Source: an uncultured Pseudomonadota bacterium (lineage in GTDB: Bacteria; Pseudomonadota; Alphaproteobacteria; Rs-D84). From it: a stretch of 64,000 nucleotides of DNA. The notes beneath the pieces were generated by a model. It did not search any database, was not told the origin of the DNA, and was given only the letters and a program-made list of their open reading frames with translations. Position 1 is the stretch's first letter. Each line of letters starts with the position of its first letter. Of the stretch, positions 20,486 to 29,699 are shown one piece after another. Position numbers and translations under genes: made by a program. The DNA is taken from assembly GCA_900321105.1 (NCBI GenBank), contig OOHL01000004.1, positions 10,995-74,994 on the forward strand, in the 5' to 3' direction.

Positions 20486-21112
20486 TTATTTTTCTATTTT
20501 TACTTTTTCGCCATCGTGAATATTTGACAAAACGACAATATCGCCCGCATTTAATCCTGATTTTATCAACGCGTTTTGCGTATCACGATTTTCAATTATG
20601 ACTTCACGCAATACTGCAATCCCATCTTCAAGAACATAGACCGCATTTCCATGCAATGCAGATACAGGAACATAGAATCCGTTTTTCTTGATTTCTGCGT
20701 ATTGTAATCCGTTTTTACAACCAGATGTCTTCACAATATGCATACCTGTATCTAAATCAATATTGTGTGATACAGAAACAATTTTACAATCACCTATTTT
20801 TTGTCCGGATTTAAACAAAGGCAAACGCGCACCAGACACAAAACCACGATTGTTTTTAATTGTTATCGGTTCATATAAAATTCCATCTGTTTTTTGCATA
20901 TCTAAAACATAGGATGGAACACCATTTTGTTCGTTATTTCTGATGATATTGAATACATCAAAATTATTTTCCATGCTTACCGCCCAAAAACGATATGCAA
21001 ACGCAAACGCCACCAACACAAACAAAATCGTATAAATCACAGATTTTGATTTACGTGTTTTCAGTTTCTTGACTATGTTTTCTATTCTTTCGGTTTTTGT
21101 TAATTTTTCCAT
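20486..21112 (-). CDS. Minimal membrane-fusion (periplasmic adaptor)-like protein, 208 aa
   Basis: Lies between the tolC-like and RND genes. It has an N-terminal TM, and its C-terminal part (AVYVLEDGIAVLREVIIENRDTQNALIKSGLNAGDIVV) resembles the MFP beta-barrel end. There is no coiled-coil hairpin segment. Confidence 0.55.
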   Translation of the reverse strand: MEKLTKTERIENIVKKLKTRKSKSVIYTILFVLVAFAFAYRFWAVSMENNFDVFNIIRNNEQNGVPSYVLDMQKTDGILYEPITIKNNRGFVSGARLPLFKSGQKIGDCKIVSVSHNIDLDTGMHIVKTSGCKNGLQYAEIKKNGFYVPVSALHGNAVYVLEDGIAVLREVIIENRDTQNALIKSGLNAGDIVVLSNIHDGEKVKIEK

Positions 21113-21114
21113 TT

Positions 21115-22428
21115 TTATTCACCCAGTTTTTTTACAGATTCACCCGCCATCAAAATATTATATTTTGCGTTCAATACCGCCATATCCATTTGATAAAGCG
21201 CACCAGACACATCAGACAATTCAATTGCAGATGTTTGACCAGCGGCGAAACGATTTGCCGATACATCATATGCTTTTTGTGCCAAAGTGTGTGCTTCGTT
21301 TAATTTATCAAGATTATCACAAAGGTGTTTATATTTATTAACTGCGGTATTATATTCTTCGCGGATTAATTTTTTAGATTTATCTAAATCTTGACGTGCA
21401 TTTTCTGCATTCATCGCTTCGATTGTTGCATTTGCAGAATGAAGTCCGCCGCTGATTAAAGGAACCTTTAACGCCAATCCCCAATACGCAGATTGACTGC
21501 CTTCTTTATCAAACATACCAGAAGCATTATTACCCATTGCATAATAAGAATAAGAACCCACTGCCGCCAATGTTGGATAATTACCAGCGCGTTTTGATGA
21601 TGCATTGGATTCATACATTTTTATTTGCTTTTGATAAATATCCCATTGTGGATTTGATTTTAACTCGCCCGCATCCAAAGGTTCAAATTTATCAGGAAAA
21701 TTATCCGTTAAAACAATTTCTTCATCTGCATCAATTCCAGCCATAATTTTCAACATACGATATGCAGTATCACGATTAAATTCGGCATCAGACAAATTGA
21801 TTTCTTTTGATGCGATATCAGATTCAATTTTAATTAAATTGCTGCGATTTGCACGACCTGCCGCTGTTAATTTTTTGCGTGCCGCACGTGCGTTATTCAA
21901 ATTGCGTTCACTGGCTGCAACGATTTCATCTGTCATTTTTGCAGTCCAATAAAGATTAGCTGCCGCATATTTTACTTCGCGCATGGTTAATTCCTTGGCT
22001 GATTTAGACATATCAATTGCATCATGCACTGCATCAACCGCATTACCTATCTTTCCAAAAGTATAAATTGGTTGTGTTATTGAAACCCCAGCAGATAACA
22101 TATTATCTGGAATTTCGCCCAATGGAATCTGAAAACGACTTTCCAAAAGCGCGCCAATTTCAGATGGTATCTTTACCCCATTCCCGCTGCTTGGGTGTTT
22201 TGGATCAATCAAGTTCATATAAGACACGCTTCCTTCGACATTCATCCAGCGATTAGCATTAACTGCACTTAATTGCGCTTTGGCTTTTTTAATATTAGCA
22301 TCCGCTTTCTTAACATCGTTAGATTCTGCAACAATTTTATCTACGGCATCTGACAGCGATAAATCCAACGCAAACGCATTAGAAACAATCAAAATTCCAC
22401 ACAAAAAACCATATAATAATTTACGCAT
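21115..22428 (-). CDS. TolC-family outer-membrane efflux protein
   Basis: Signal peptide, then two repeated coiled-coil/beta halves typical of the OEP family. Confidence 0.8.
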   Translation of the reverse strand: MRKLLYGFLCGILIVSNAFALDLSLSDAVDKIVAESNDVKKADANIKKAKAQLSAVNANRWMNVEGSVSYMNLIDPKHPSSGNGVKIPSEIGALLESRFQIPLGEIPDNMLSAGVSITQPIYTFGKIGNAVDAVHDAIDMSKSAKELTMREVKYAAANLYWTAKMTDEIVAASERNLNNARAARKKLTAAGRANRSNLIKIESDIASKEINLSDAEFNRDTAYRMLKIMAGIDADEEIVLTDNFPDKFEPLDAGELKSNPQWDIYQKQIKMYESNASSKRAGNYPTLAAVGSYSYYAMGNNASGMFDKEGSQSAYWGLALKVPLISGGLHSANATIEAMNAENARQDLDKSKKLIREEYNTAVNKYKHLCDNLDKLNEAHTLAQKAYDVSANRFAAGQTSAIELSDVSGALYQMDMAVLNAKYNILMAGESVKKLGE

Positions 22429-22873
22429 TTAACATCTCCATCTTTTTTAATATTGTATTGGTTGTTTTAACTGTTTCGGCCAGTTTATCTTCGTCTTCTT
22501 CTGGCAAAACACGGCACAAAGATTCAAGTGCGCACATAAATTTATCCAATAATTTTTCCGCCATTACTTTGCCTGATTTTGTAACTTCATACCATGTATC
22601 GCGGTGATCATTTTCATCAATTGAACGAACAACCAATTTTTCTGCTTCTAATTTACGAAACACACTGCAAAGATTAGCCGTAGAAATAACTTCACGGGCG
22701 GCAAAATCTTTTAATTTAATTTTCCCAGCCAAATACAGACGAACCAATATTGACATCTGTTGACGCGTTGCACGCGATGTTTCTTCGAAAATTGGTTGCA
22801 AACGGCTGGACAAGCGACTTAAAATTCGCATATTTTCAGCCATTAATTCTGTTACTTCGTTATGAGTCATCAT
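22421..22873 (-). CDS. MarR-family transcriptional regulator
   Basis: 150 aa. The winged-helix region reads MSILVRLYLAGKIKLKDFAAREVISTANLCSVFRKLEAEKLVVR. It is the first gene of the efflux operon and overlaps tolC by 8 nt. Confidence 0.8.
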   Translation of the reverse strand: MMTHNEVTELMAENMRILSRLSSRLQPIFEETSRATRQQMSILVRLYLAGKIKLKDFAAREVISTANLCSVFRKLEAEKLVVRSIDENDHRDTWYEVTKSGKVMAEKLLDKFMCALESLCRVLPEEDEDKLAETVKTTNTILKKMEMLNA

Positions 22874-23014
22874 AACCCCCTGTTTAATTATTTAAGATTT
22901 AAATTATTAAAAACTTTAACGATTATATTCAAATTAAGAATAAAGTCAAGCCTTAATTATTAAAAAATTTAATAATTTTTAAACATCTGTAAACCCGACT
23001 ATTTTTATATAGCT

Positions 23015-23100
23015 GTGCGCCCACAATCGAATCGGGAAAACTTTCAAATTAAAAAACAAAAACCGGTCTTAAACCGGCATAAATCTTGGTTGGAGCGCAC
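23015..23100. repeat. Direct repeat copy 1 (86 bp): tRNA-Gln 3' end (14 nt) plus its downstream terminator region
   Basis: Identical to 23222-23308 except for one inserted T, by my hand alignment. Confidence 0.85.
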
Positions 23101-23221
23101 ACCCTTGATAAACGATAACCAACCCCATACAAAAACTCTATTAAAAATATCCGTTTTTGTGCGGTTGCTAATTGTTCATCTGCGTATACGCCATGCGCAA
23201 CTATGTTGCTCTGGCGGATCC

Positions 23222-23308
23222 GTGCGCCCACAATCGAATCGGGAAAACTTTCAAATTATAAAAACAAAAACCGGTCTTAAACCGGCATAAATCTTGGTTG
23301 GAGCGCAC
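23222..23308. repeat. Direct repeat copy 2 (87 bp), overlapping the real tRNA-Gln 3' end
   Basis: See copy 1. It contains the hairpin ACCGGTCTTAAACCGGC, which on the minus strand is the tRNA terminator. Confidence 0.85.
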
Positions 23309-23368
23309 GGATTCGAACCATGATAAAGAGAACCAAAATCTCTTGTCCTACCATTAGACGACGCTCCA
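23295..23368 (-). tRNA. tRNA-Gln (anticodon UUG), CCA encoded
   Basis: Reverse complement is TGGAGCG TC GTCT AATGGTA GGAC A AGAGA TTTTGGT TCTCT TTAT CATGG TTCGAAT CCGTG CGCTCCA A CCA. It folds as a cloverleaf by hand. Confidence 0.9.
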
Positions 23369-23458
23369 ATCTCTGCATCATTATATATTTATACTAAAAA
23401 TTTTCAATAAAATTTTAAAACGCTTTAATTGCGGTCTTTAATATTATATAATCAAAGC

Positions 23459-23725
23459 ATGAAAAAAGATTCCGAATTACATTTGGTATTAAAAGGTTGC
23501 TGGTTTGATAAAATCACATCTGGCGCAAAAACATCTGAATATCGCGAATGCAGTCCATATTGGAACAAACGTTTAACAAACAAACACTATGACACGGTTG
23601 TTTTTCATCGCGGATACACAAACACAATTGCCAAATACAAAATTAAATCAATCGCTACAACGAACCAGGAAAACGATTTGCACCTGTCTGAATGCTGGGA
23701 AATCAAGTTGGCATCAAGATTATAA
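23459..23725 (+). CDS. ASCH domain protein
   Basis: LHLVLKGCWFDKITSGAKTSEYRECSPYWNKRL...VVFHRGYT matches the ASCH pattern as I recall it. Start placed at ATG 23459. Confidence 0.6.
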   Translation: MKKDSELHLVLKGCWFDKITSGAKTSEYRECSPYWNKRLTNKHYDTVVFHRGYTNTIAKYKIKSIATTNQENDLHLSECWEIKLASRL

Positions 23726-23729
23726 ATAA

Positions 23730-24467
23730 TTAATATTGTTGCATTCTTTTTTTAATTTCATTCGAAATCAGACTGGCGCGCCCAGAACATACAGATCTTA
23801 TTTTTTGAATATTATTACGCAAACATGCCCATTCTTGCAGATTTCTGATGCTAGCATCCTCGAAAAGTTTATACCCATCAAATGTAAAATATGCCGATAG
23901 TGCCGCATAGAAACTATCAGAATAGGATTCTTCAAATATTTTCATACCATTATTTTGCAACATCGAATGCGTTGGTTTATCCGGATTAAAAAATATAATA
24001 TTTGAATATAAATATTTTTCATAATCTGCAAAATAAAACTCTGTACGGTTCAATAAATCTTCTGTCCCTTTGATTGCGGCACGCACAACACCAATTTTAT
24101 TTTTTGGCATAGAAATCATATTATTTGCCGTGTATGCAGACGCTTCATCCATACAACGCAATGCAAGATATTCATATATATTTTTAACCACATTCATATA
24201 ATTTCCAATCGCATCATTATTTTGTGCATGATGTTTTTCGTGTGCCAAAAATTCAGGTTCCGAATTACGCGATTTATTTATAACTGCTTTAATTCTGCCA
24301 ATATCACTCATAGGCAAAACTAAATCTTGACTGATCTCATATCTGTAAACAGTGATCACACGTTTACCATAACTGCAAACCCCACGAACACCAGGCAACA
24401 AACCAAAGCTTGTTGCGTTTTTGTTGTTGATAATCACTGTTTTATATTCAATTTTCCAATCGTTCAT
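23730..24467 (-). CDS. Hypothetical protein with HExxH motif (245 aa)
   Basis: Contains FLAHEKHHAQN. No signal peptide. No family recognised. Confidence 0.5.
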   Translation of the reverse strand: MNDWKIEYKTVIINNKNATSFGLLPGVRGVCSYGKRVITVYRYEISQDLVLPMSDIGRIKAVINKSRNSEPEFLAHEKHHAQNNDAIGNYMNVVKNIYEYLALRCMDEASAYTANNMISMPKNKIGVVRAAIKGTEDLLNRTEFYFADYEKYLYSNIIFFNPDKPTHSMLQNNGMKIFEESYSDSFYAALSAYFTFDGYKLFEDASIRNLQEWACLRNNIQKIRSVCSGRASLISNEIKKRMQQY

Positions 24468-24585
24468 TTTTTCACCACTTTACCGTATGTTAGACTATAT
24501 TTATATTTTGTCAACTTAAAACTTATATAAAACATATTATAAAAAACATGTTTTTATGGTACAATTTCAGCAAAAGGAAAAAGAT

Positions 24586-25158
24586 ATGAACTTAGCACAA
24601 GCAGCAAAAATATTAAATATAGACATAAATTCTTCGCCAGAACAAGTGCGCAAGGCTTTCAGGAACATGTCAAAAAAATATCATCCTGACAATCATCCCG
24701 ATGATGATTCTGCGAAAGAAATGATGCAAAAAATAAATGCCGCCAATATGACATTTCAAAAACATTTTACACAAAACAAAGAAAAAGAATCTGCGACTGC
24801 TTTTAATCCTGAAAATACAAATCCTGAATTCAATTCTATTTTAGAAGATTTATGGAATAAATATGTGAAAGCAAAAGAAAAAGCAGATAAATATGTAAAA
24901 GAAAATGTTGAACCCCAATATAAATCCGTTTCGGTTATAGAGAAAAAATTGGCCATTGCGAAATCAGAATATGAAAAAAATCCATCAATCGAAAAACAAA
25001 CCTTTATTCACAATCTTGAACAAAGATTGATAACCGCAAAATTTAACCACCAATCTGCTTTGATTCAGGCACGCATGCTAAGACAGCAAGAACAAGCCGC
25101 ACTTGATCTTTTTCAAAAAACAAAACAAATTATTAACAATCCACAAAAAGATTTATAA
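24586..25158 (+). CDS. Stand-alone J-domain protein (190 aa)
   Basis: The N-terminal J-domain reads AAKILNIDINSSPEQVRKAFRNMSKKYHPDNHPDD, with the HPD tripeptide. The rest is predicted helical and Lys/Glu/Gln-rich, with no G/F or zinc-finger region. Confidence 0.7.
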   Translation: MNLAQAAKILNIDINSSPEQVRKAFRNMSKKYHPDNHPDDDSAKEMMQKINAANMTFQKHFTQNKEKESATAFNPENTNPEFNSILEDLWNKYVKAKEKADKYVKENVEPQYKSVSVIEKKLAIAKSEYEKNPSIEKQTFIHNLEQRLITAKFNHQSALIQARMLRQQEQAALDLFQKTKQIINNPQKDL

Positions 25159-25180
25159 AAACAAAATGAACGGCTAAACC

Positions 25181-25714
25181 ATGAATATAAACATGAATGA
25201 TATTTTTGATTTCTATGAATTGCGCATAAAAAGCCATGTTGCTGCGGTTAATTATTTTGCTTCCCTTTTGGGTTATCATTTTCCAGAACACGACAGCGAT
25301 AAAGTCCGCGAACCAATTCGCACGGGATACGCATATATATTTTATAAAGCATATCATAAAAACTTTCATCCAACAGCCGAACATCTTGCCCTTTGTAAAG
25401 ACGCACAAGATACACACCACAAACACGCGGCGCATCACGTTGAATCTTATAAACACGCATTTGAAATACCATTGATACATATTTATGAAATGGTTGCAGA
25501 TTGGGCATCGGCTAATTTTGAACAAAAAAATATTTTAAAAGACCCTGAAAGTGTTGAATTGGAAACATGGTTCAACAATAATATGGGAAACCTTGATTGG
25601 ACGAACGAACAAATCGATATAATAAAAAAATCATTTAAAATCATAGAGATAAATACGGATGTTGAATATGTAAAATCAATTTGGGCACCATTACTTGAAA
25701 AGGCAGATTTATAA
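25181..25714 (+). CDS. Hypothetical His-rich protein (177 aa)
   Basis: Contains FPEHDSDKV and DTHHKHAAHHVESYKH. It may be a metal-binding helical fold. Family not identified with confidence. Confidence 0.5.
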   Translation: MNINMNDIFDFYELRIKSHVAAVNYFASLLGYHFPEHDSDKVREPIRTGYAYIFYKAYHKNFHPTAEHLALCKDAQDTHHKHAAHHVESYKHAFEIPLIHIYEMVADWASANFEQKNILKDPESVELETWFNNNMGNLDWTNEQIDIIKKSFKIIEINTDVEYVKSIWAPLLEKADL

Positions 25715-25732
25715 TATTAAAATACAAACATT

Positions 25733-25807
25733 GGTCCCATCGTCTAGCGGTTAGGACATCGGATTCTCATTCCGGTAACACGGGTTCGATTCCCGTTGGG
25801 ACTGCCA
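25733..25807 (+). tRNA. tRNA-Glu (anticodon CUC), CCA encoded
   Basis: GGTCCCA TC GTCT AGCGGTTA GGAC A TCGGA TTCTCAT TCCGG TAAC ACGGG TTCGATT CCCGT TGGGACT G CCA. Anticodon loop positions 34-36 are CTC. Confidence 0.9.
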
Positions 25808-25844
25808 AAATTTATATGTATCGTTTTTAACAAAAGGTTTTACT

Positions 25845-26336
25845 ATGGCAAAAGTAGCTGTTCACGATATAAACGGTAAAAATTTCAAAGTAGATTCTAA
25901 ATCATTAATATTTAATCCTGCTGTTTATGGAATAATAATCAAACGGAACAAGATATTATTATTGCCTGTCAAATATAAATACGCTTTGCCTGGTGGGTCT
26001 ATTGAAATTGGTGAAAATCATACGGAAGCATTGATAAGAGAAATCAAAGAAGAAACCGGTTTAATTGTTAAACCTACAAAAATTTTTAATATATATACTT
26101 CATTGTACAAAAGTTTTAAAACAGGAACAAATTATCATTGTATTCAACTGTTTTATATATGCAAAACAACAAACGCACAAGTAAAAATTCATTTTACAAA
26201 AGACGAAAAAAAGTATCTTAAACCTGCAGAATGGATTGATATTTCTAAATTAAAATCTTTAAAATACATTGGGACAGAACCCGTATTCGAAGATATAATT
26301 AAGAATTATAAAATTAAAACAAGACATAAAAATTAA
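25845..26336 (+). CDS. NUDIX hydrolase
   Basis: Nudix box GGSIEIGENHTEALIREIKEETGL. Confidence 0.8.
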   Translation: MAKVAVHDINGKNFKVDSKSLIFNPAVYGIIIKRNKILLLPVKYKYALPGGSIEIGENHTEALIREIKEETGLIVKPTKIFNIYTSLYKSFKTGTNYHCIQLFYICKTTNAQVKIHFTKDEKKYLKPAEWIDISKLKSLKYIGTEPVFEDIIKNYKIKTRHKN

Positions 26337-26340
26337 ACAA

Positions 26341-26369
26341 AAAATACCGGCATTTGCCGGTATTTTTTT
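26341..26369. terminator. Bidirectional rho-independent terminator
   Basis: AAAA-TACCGG-CATTTG-CCGGTA-TTTTTTT. Confidence 0.75.
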
Positions 26370-26381
26370 AATTTTTTGATA

Positions 26382-26759
26382 TTATTCCAACAACATTTTT
26401 GCCTGTTTTAATAATTGAATTGCAAAGTCAATTTCATCGGTATTTTTTGGTGTTGAAACAGGTGGTTTTTCCCCGGCATTTACCGGTGTTTTTTTAATTT
26501 TTGTTTCTGTATCAAATGTGCCATTATGCAAAATCTTTTTTACACCGGCAATTGTCATGCCCTTGTCATAAAGCAATGATTTTATCGCACGCAATTTTTC
26601 AATTGTTTCACGACGATAATAACGACGATTGCCTGCACCTGTCACCGGACGAATTGCGCCCGCAAATTGTTTTTCCCAATAGCGCAATGTATGCGCAGGC
26701 AACGAAAGTTCTTTTGCAACTTCGTTTATTGGAACAAAAAATTCATTTTTATTTTCCAT
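26382..26759 (-). CDS. MerR-family transcriptional regulator (small)
   Basis: The HTH reads VPINEVAKELSLPAHTLRYWEKQF. Confidence 0.8.
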   Translation of the reverse strand: MENKNEFFVPINEVAKELSLPAHTLRYWEKQFAGAIRPVTGAGNRRYYRRETIEKLRAIKSLLYDKGMTIAGVKKILHNGTFDTETKIKKTPVNAGEKPPVSTPKNTDEIDFAIQLLKQAKMLLE

Positions 26760-26776
26760 ACCTGCGCATCCAATTT

Positions 26777-29539
26777 TTATTCGCTGACCGTATTATCTGC
26801 CACATTTTCTGTCGTTGACACTGTTTCTTCGATTGTATCTTCCGCTTCTTCGTGATCAATCGCAATGGCTGAAACAACCTTTTCGCCTTCGGCGGTTCTG
26901 AATAGTGTGACACCCGCGGTTGAACGACCGGCAATGCGAACATCACGGACAGGTGTTCTGATAATTTTACCACCGTTCGTCACCATCATGATATCTTGGT
27001 CATCATGAACAGGGAACGAACCTGCAACGGCTGTGTTTTTACCACCCAATTTAATATTGGTAAATCCATTACCGCCACGATGTGTTAAACGATATTCATA
27101 TGACGATGTACGTTTTCCAAATCCATTTTCAGAAATTGTTAAAATGAATTCTTCGCTCAGCGCCATCTTTGCCATTTGTTCATCAGACAAAACAAGTGTT
27201 GTGTTTTCTTCTTCGGCATCCGCCTCTTCTTCTATACCGGTTTGTGCACGGCGCAATGCGCGGCTTTGCTTTACATAGGCTGCACGAACCACAGAATCAG
27301 ATTCGCCATGATTCAACATTGCCATACCGATGATATAATCACCTTTTTGTAATGACAATCCACGAACACCGGTTGAATTACGTCCTGCGAATATACGAAT
27401 TTCTGAAACCGGGAATCGTATGCAACGACCACGATATGTAGAAAGGAACACATCTTGGTTTTCATTACATGGCAATACAGAAATCAATGAATCGCCTTCG
27501 TCCAATTTCATCGCAATCTTTCCGTTTGCACGAATTGAATCAAAATCAGACATACGATTTCTGCGCACCGTTCCAGACGCAGTTGCAAACATAAGGAAGT
27601 GTTCAACCCCAGATTCTGCCACACGTTTAACTTCGTCTTCTGGGACCGGCAAAATTGCGGTGATTGTTTCACCTTCGGTAAGTGGCAACAAGTTAACCAA
27701 TGGACGTCCCTTGCCCGCGGCAGACGCTTCTGGTAATTTATATGTTTTTAATTTATAGCATAATCCCTTGGAAGAGAAGAACAACAATGGCGTATGAGTA
27801 TTCGCGACGAACACATTTACAACATAATCATCGTCTTTTGTTGTCATTGCGTTACGTCCCTTGCCACCACGTTTTTGTGCACGGTATGTATCCAGCGCAA
27901 CACGTTTGATATAACCAGTATTAGATACCGTTACAACCATATCTTCACGTGCAATCAAATCTTCGATATCAATATCAATTTCTGCATCAGATATCTCGGT
28001 GCGACGTGGTTGTGCCCAGTTATCACGAACCGCTGCTGTTTCATCACGAATAATTTGAACAATACGTTCATGACTGCCCAAAATCGCCAATAAATCTTTG
28101 ATTTGTGCGCCCAATTCAGTCAAATCGTTATGAATCTTGTCGCGTTCAAGACCTGTCAATCTGTGCAATTGCAATTCAAGAATTGCTTTTGCTTGGTCTT
28201 CGGACATATAAAACATGCCATCTTTGTATTCTGTATTTGGGTCATCAATCAAATTGATATAAGATTCAATATCAGATGCCGCCCAACCACGTGAAAGCAA
28301 TGCAGTCTTCGCATCGTCTGGATTTGCAGATTCTTTAATCAATTTAATAACTTCATCTAAATTACCACATGCAACAGACAAGCCCAACAATGTGTGTGCA
28401 CGATTGCGCGCTTTGTTCAAATCAAAGATGGTACGACGACGAATAACTTCTTCGCGGAATTCAATAAACGCATCCAACACAGTTCTTACCGTAAACAACA
28501 TTGGACGACCACGATTCAACGCCATCATGTTTACAGGGAAATTAGATTGCATTTCTGTATCTTGGAAAAGATGATTCAATACAACCTCTGGCATGGTGTC
28601 GCGCTTTAATTCGATAACAACGCGTAAACCTTCCTTGGATGATTCATCACGAATATCGGTAATGCCTTCGATTTTTTTATCTTTGACTAATTCAGCAATT
28701 TTAATAATCAATTGTGATTTATTAACCTGGTATGGTAATTCATCAACAATAATTGCCTGATGATCATGCACAGTTTCAAAATGAGTTTTTGAACGAACAA
28801 TAATCGAACCTCGCCCTGTTGTGTGTGCTTTGTATGCACCGGCATGTCCCATGATAATTCCACCAGTTGGGAAATCAGGTCCCGGTATAATACCAAACAA
28901 TTCATCGTCTGTGATATCTTTGTTATCCAACACAGCCAAAATACCATTACATACTTCGCCTAAATTATATGTTGGAACATTTGTTGCCATACCAACTGCA
29001 ATACCAGATCCACCATTTACCAAGAAATTTGGAAATTTAGTTGGTAAAACAATTGGTTCTTGTAATGTGCCATCAAAGTTCGGTTGCCAATCAACCGTAT
29101 CTTTGTCCAAATCTTCCATTAATGATGCACCCAATTTTGAAAGGCGCGCTTCTGTATAACGCATAGCCGCAGGTTTATCACCATCGCGCGAACCAAAGTT
29201 ACCTTGACCCTGGACCAACATTTCACCCATAGAAAAGTCTTGAGCCATACGTGCCATTGCTTCGTAAATAGATGAATCACCATGTGGGTGATAACGTCCC
29301 ATAACATCACCAACGATACGCGCAGATTTTACAGTTGCCTTGGTTGCAGGCGCAACTTCGTTCATAACATATAAAATACGACGATGCACCGGTTTACATC
29401 CGTCACGGACATCTGGCAAAGCACGATCTACAATAACAGACATCGCATAATCAAGGAACGATGTTCGCATTTCATGTTCAATTGGCGAAGTTGGAACTTT
29501 TACTTCATTAACTTCATTTGTTTCAATAATATCAGACAT
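26777..29539 (-). CDS. gyrA: DNA gyrase subunit A
   Basis: Contains [12 protein letters not shown] and [10 protein letters not shown], plus C-terminal beta-pinwheel repeats. Confidence 0.95.
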   Translation of the reverse strand: MSDIIETNEVNEVKVPTSPIEHEMRTSFLDYAMSVIVDRALPDVRDGCKPVHRRILYVMNEVAPATKATVKSARIVGDVMGRYHPHGDSSIYEAMARMAQDFSMGEMLVQGQGNFGSRDGDKPAAMRYTEARLSKLGASLMEDLDKDTVDWQPNFDGTLQEPIVLPTKFPNFLVNGGSGIAVGMATNVPTYNLGEVCNGILAVLDNKDITDDELFGIIPGPDFPTGGIIMGHAGAYKAHTTGRGSIIVRSKTHFETVHDHQAIIVDELPYQVNKSQLIIKIAELVKDKKIEGITDIRDESSKEGLRVVIELKRDTMPEVVLNHLFQDTEMQSNFPVNMMALNRGRPMLFTVRTVLDAFIEFREEVIRRRTIFDLNKARNRAHTLLGLSVACGNLDEVIKLIKESANPDDAKTALLSRGWAASDIESYINLIDDPNTEYKDGMFYMSEDQAKAILELQLHRLTGLERDKIHNDLTELGAQIKDLLAILGSHERIVQIIRDETAAVRDNWAQPRRTEISDAEIDIDIEDLIAREDMVVTVSNTGYIKRVALDTYRAQKRGGKGRNAMTTKDDDYVVNVFVANTHTPLLFFSSKGLCYKLKTYKLPEASAAGKGRPLVNLLPLTEGETITAILPVPEDEVKRVAESGVEHFLMFATASGTVRRNRMSDFDSIRANGKIAMKLDEGDSLISVLPCNENQDVFLSTYRGRCIRFPVSEIRIFAGRNSTGVRGLSLQKGDYIIGMAMLNHGESDSVVRAAYVKQSRALRRAQTGIEEEADAEEENTTLVLSDEQMAKMALSEEFILTISENGFGKRTSSYEYRLTHRGGNGFTNIKLGGKNTAVAGSFPVHDDQDIMMVTNGGKIIRTPVRDVRIAGRSTAGVTLFRTAEGEKVVSAIAIDHEEAEDTIEETVSTTENVADNTVSE

Positions 29540-29643
29540 TACTTTTTCCCTTGTTTTTCACTGATAAAAACATAGCAAAATTTTACCATTTCGGTCAAGA
29601 AATAAAGCGTAAAAAACCTAAAAAAATTCATATTTTATAACAG

Positions 29644-29671
29644 TTGACAAAACAACAATATGTATTATAAT
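29644..29671 (+). promoter_or_regulatory. Near-consensus sigma70 promoter
   Basis: TTGACA (29644-29649), 16-nt spacer, TATAAT (29666-29671). It lies upstream of the small ORF and rpmH. Confidence 0.55.
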
Positions 29672-29699
29672 AAATATAAATGAACCAAAGGATTTTCAA

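Noticed and set aside
23101-23221. Possibility that the 121-bp spacer between the direct repeats is a degenerate second tRNA
   Set aside because: It has no matching 5' acceptor strand (no CGCTCCA complement) and no T-arm (GGTTCGAAT-like) sequence. Only the last 14 nt of the tRNA are duplicated.
23015-23290. Track ORFs 23015-23290 (+) and 23049-23231 (-) between marR and tRNA-Gln
   Set aside because: They span the two copies of the 86/87-bp direct repeat and the tRNA terminator. The repeated peptide (RPQSNRENFQI) is an artefact of the DNA repeat.
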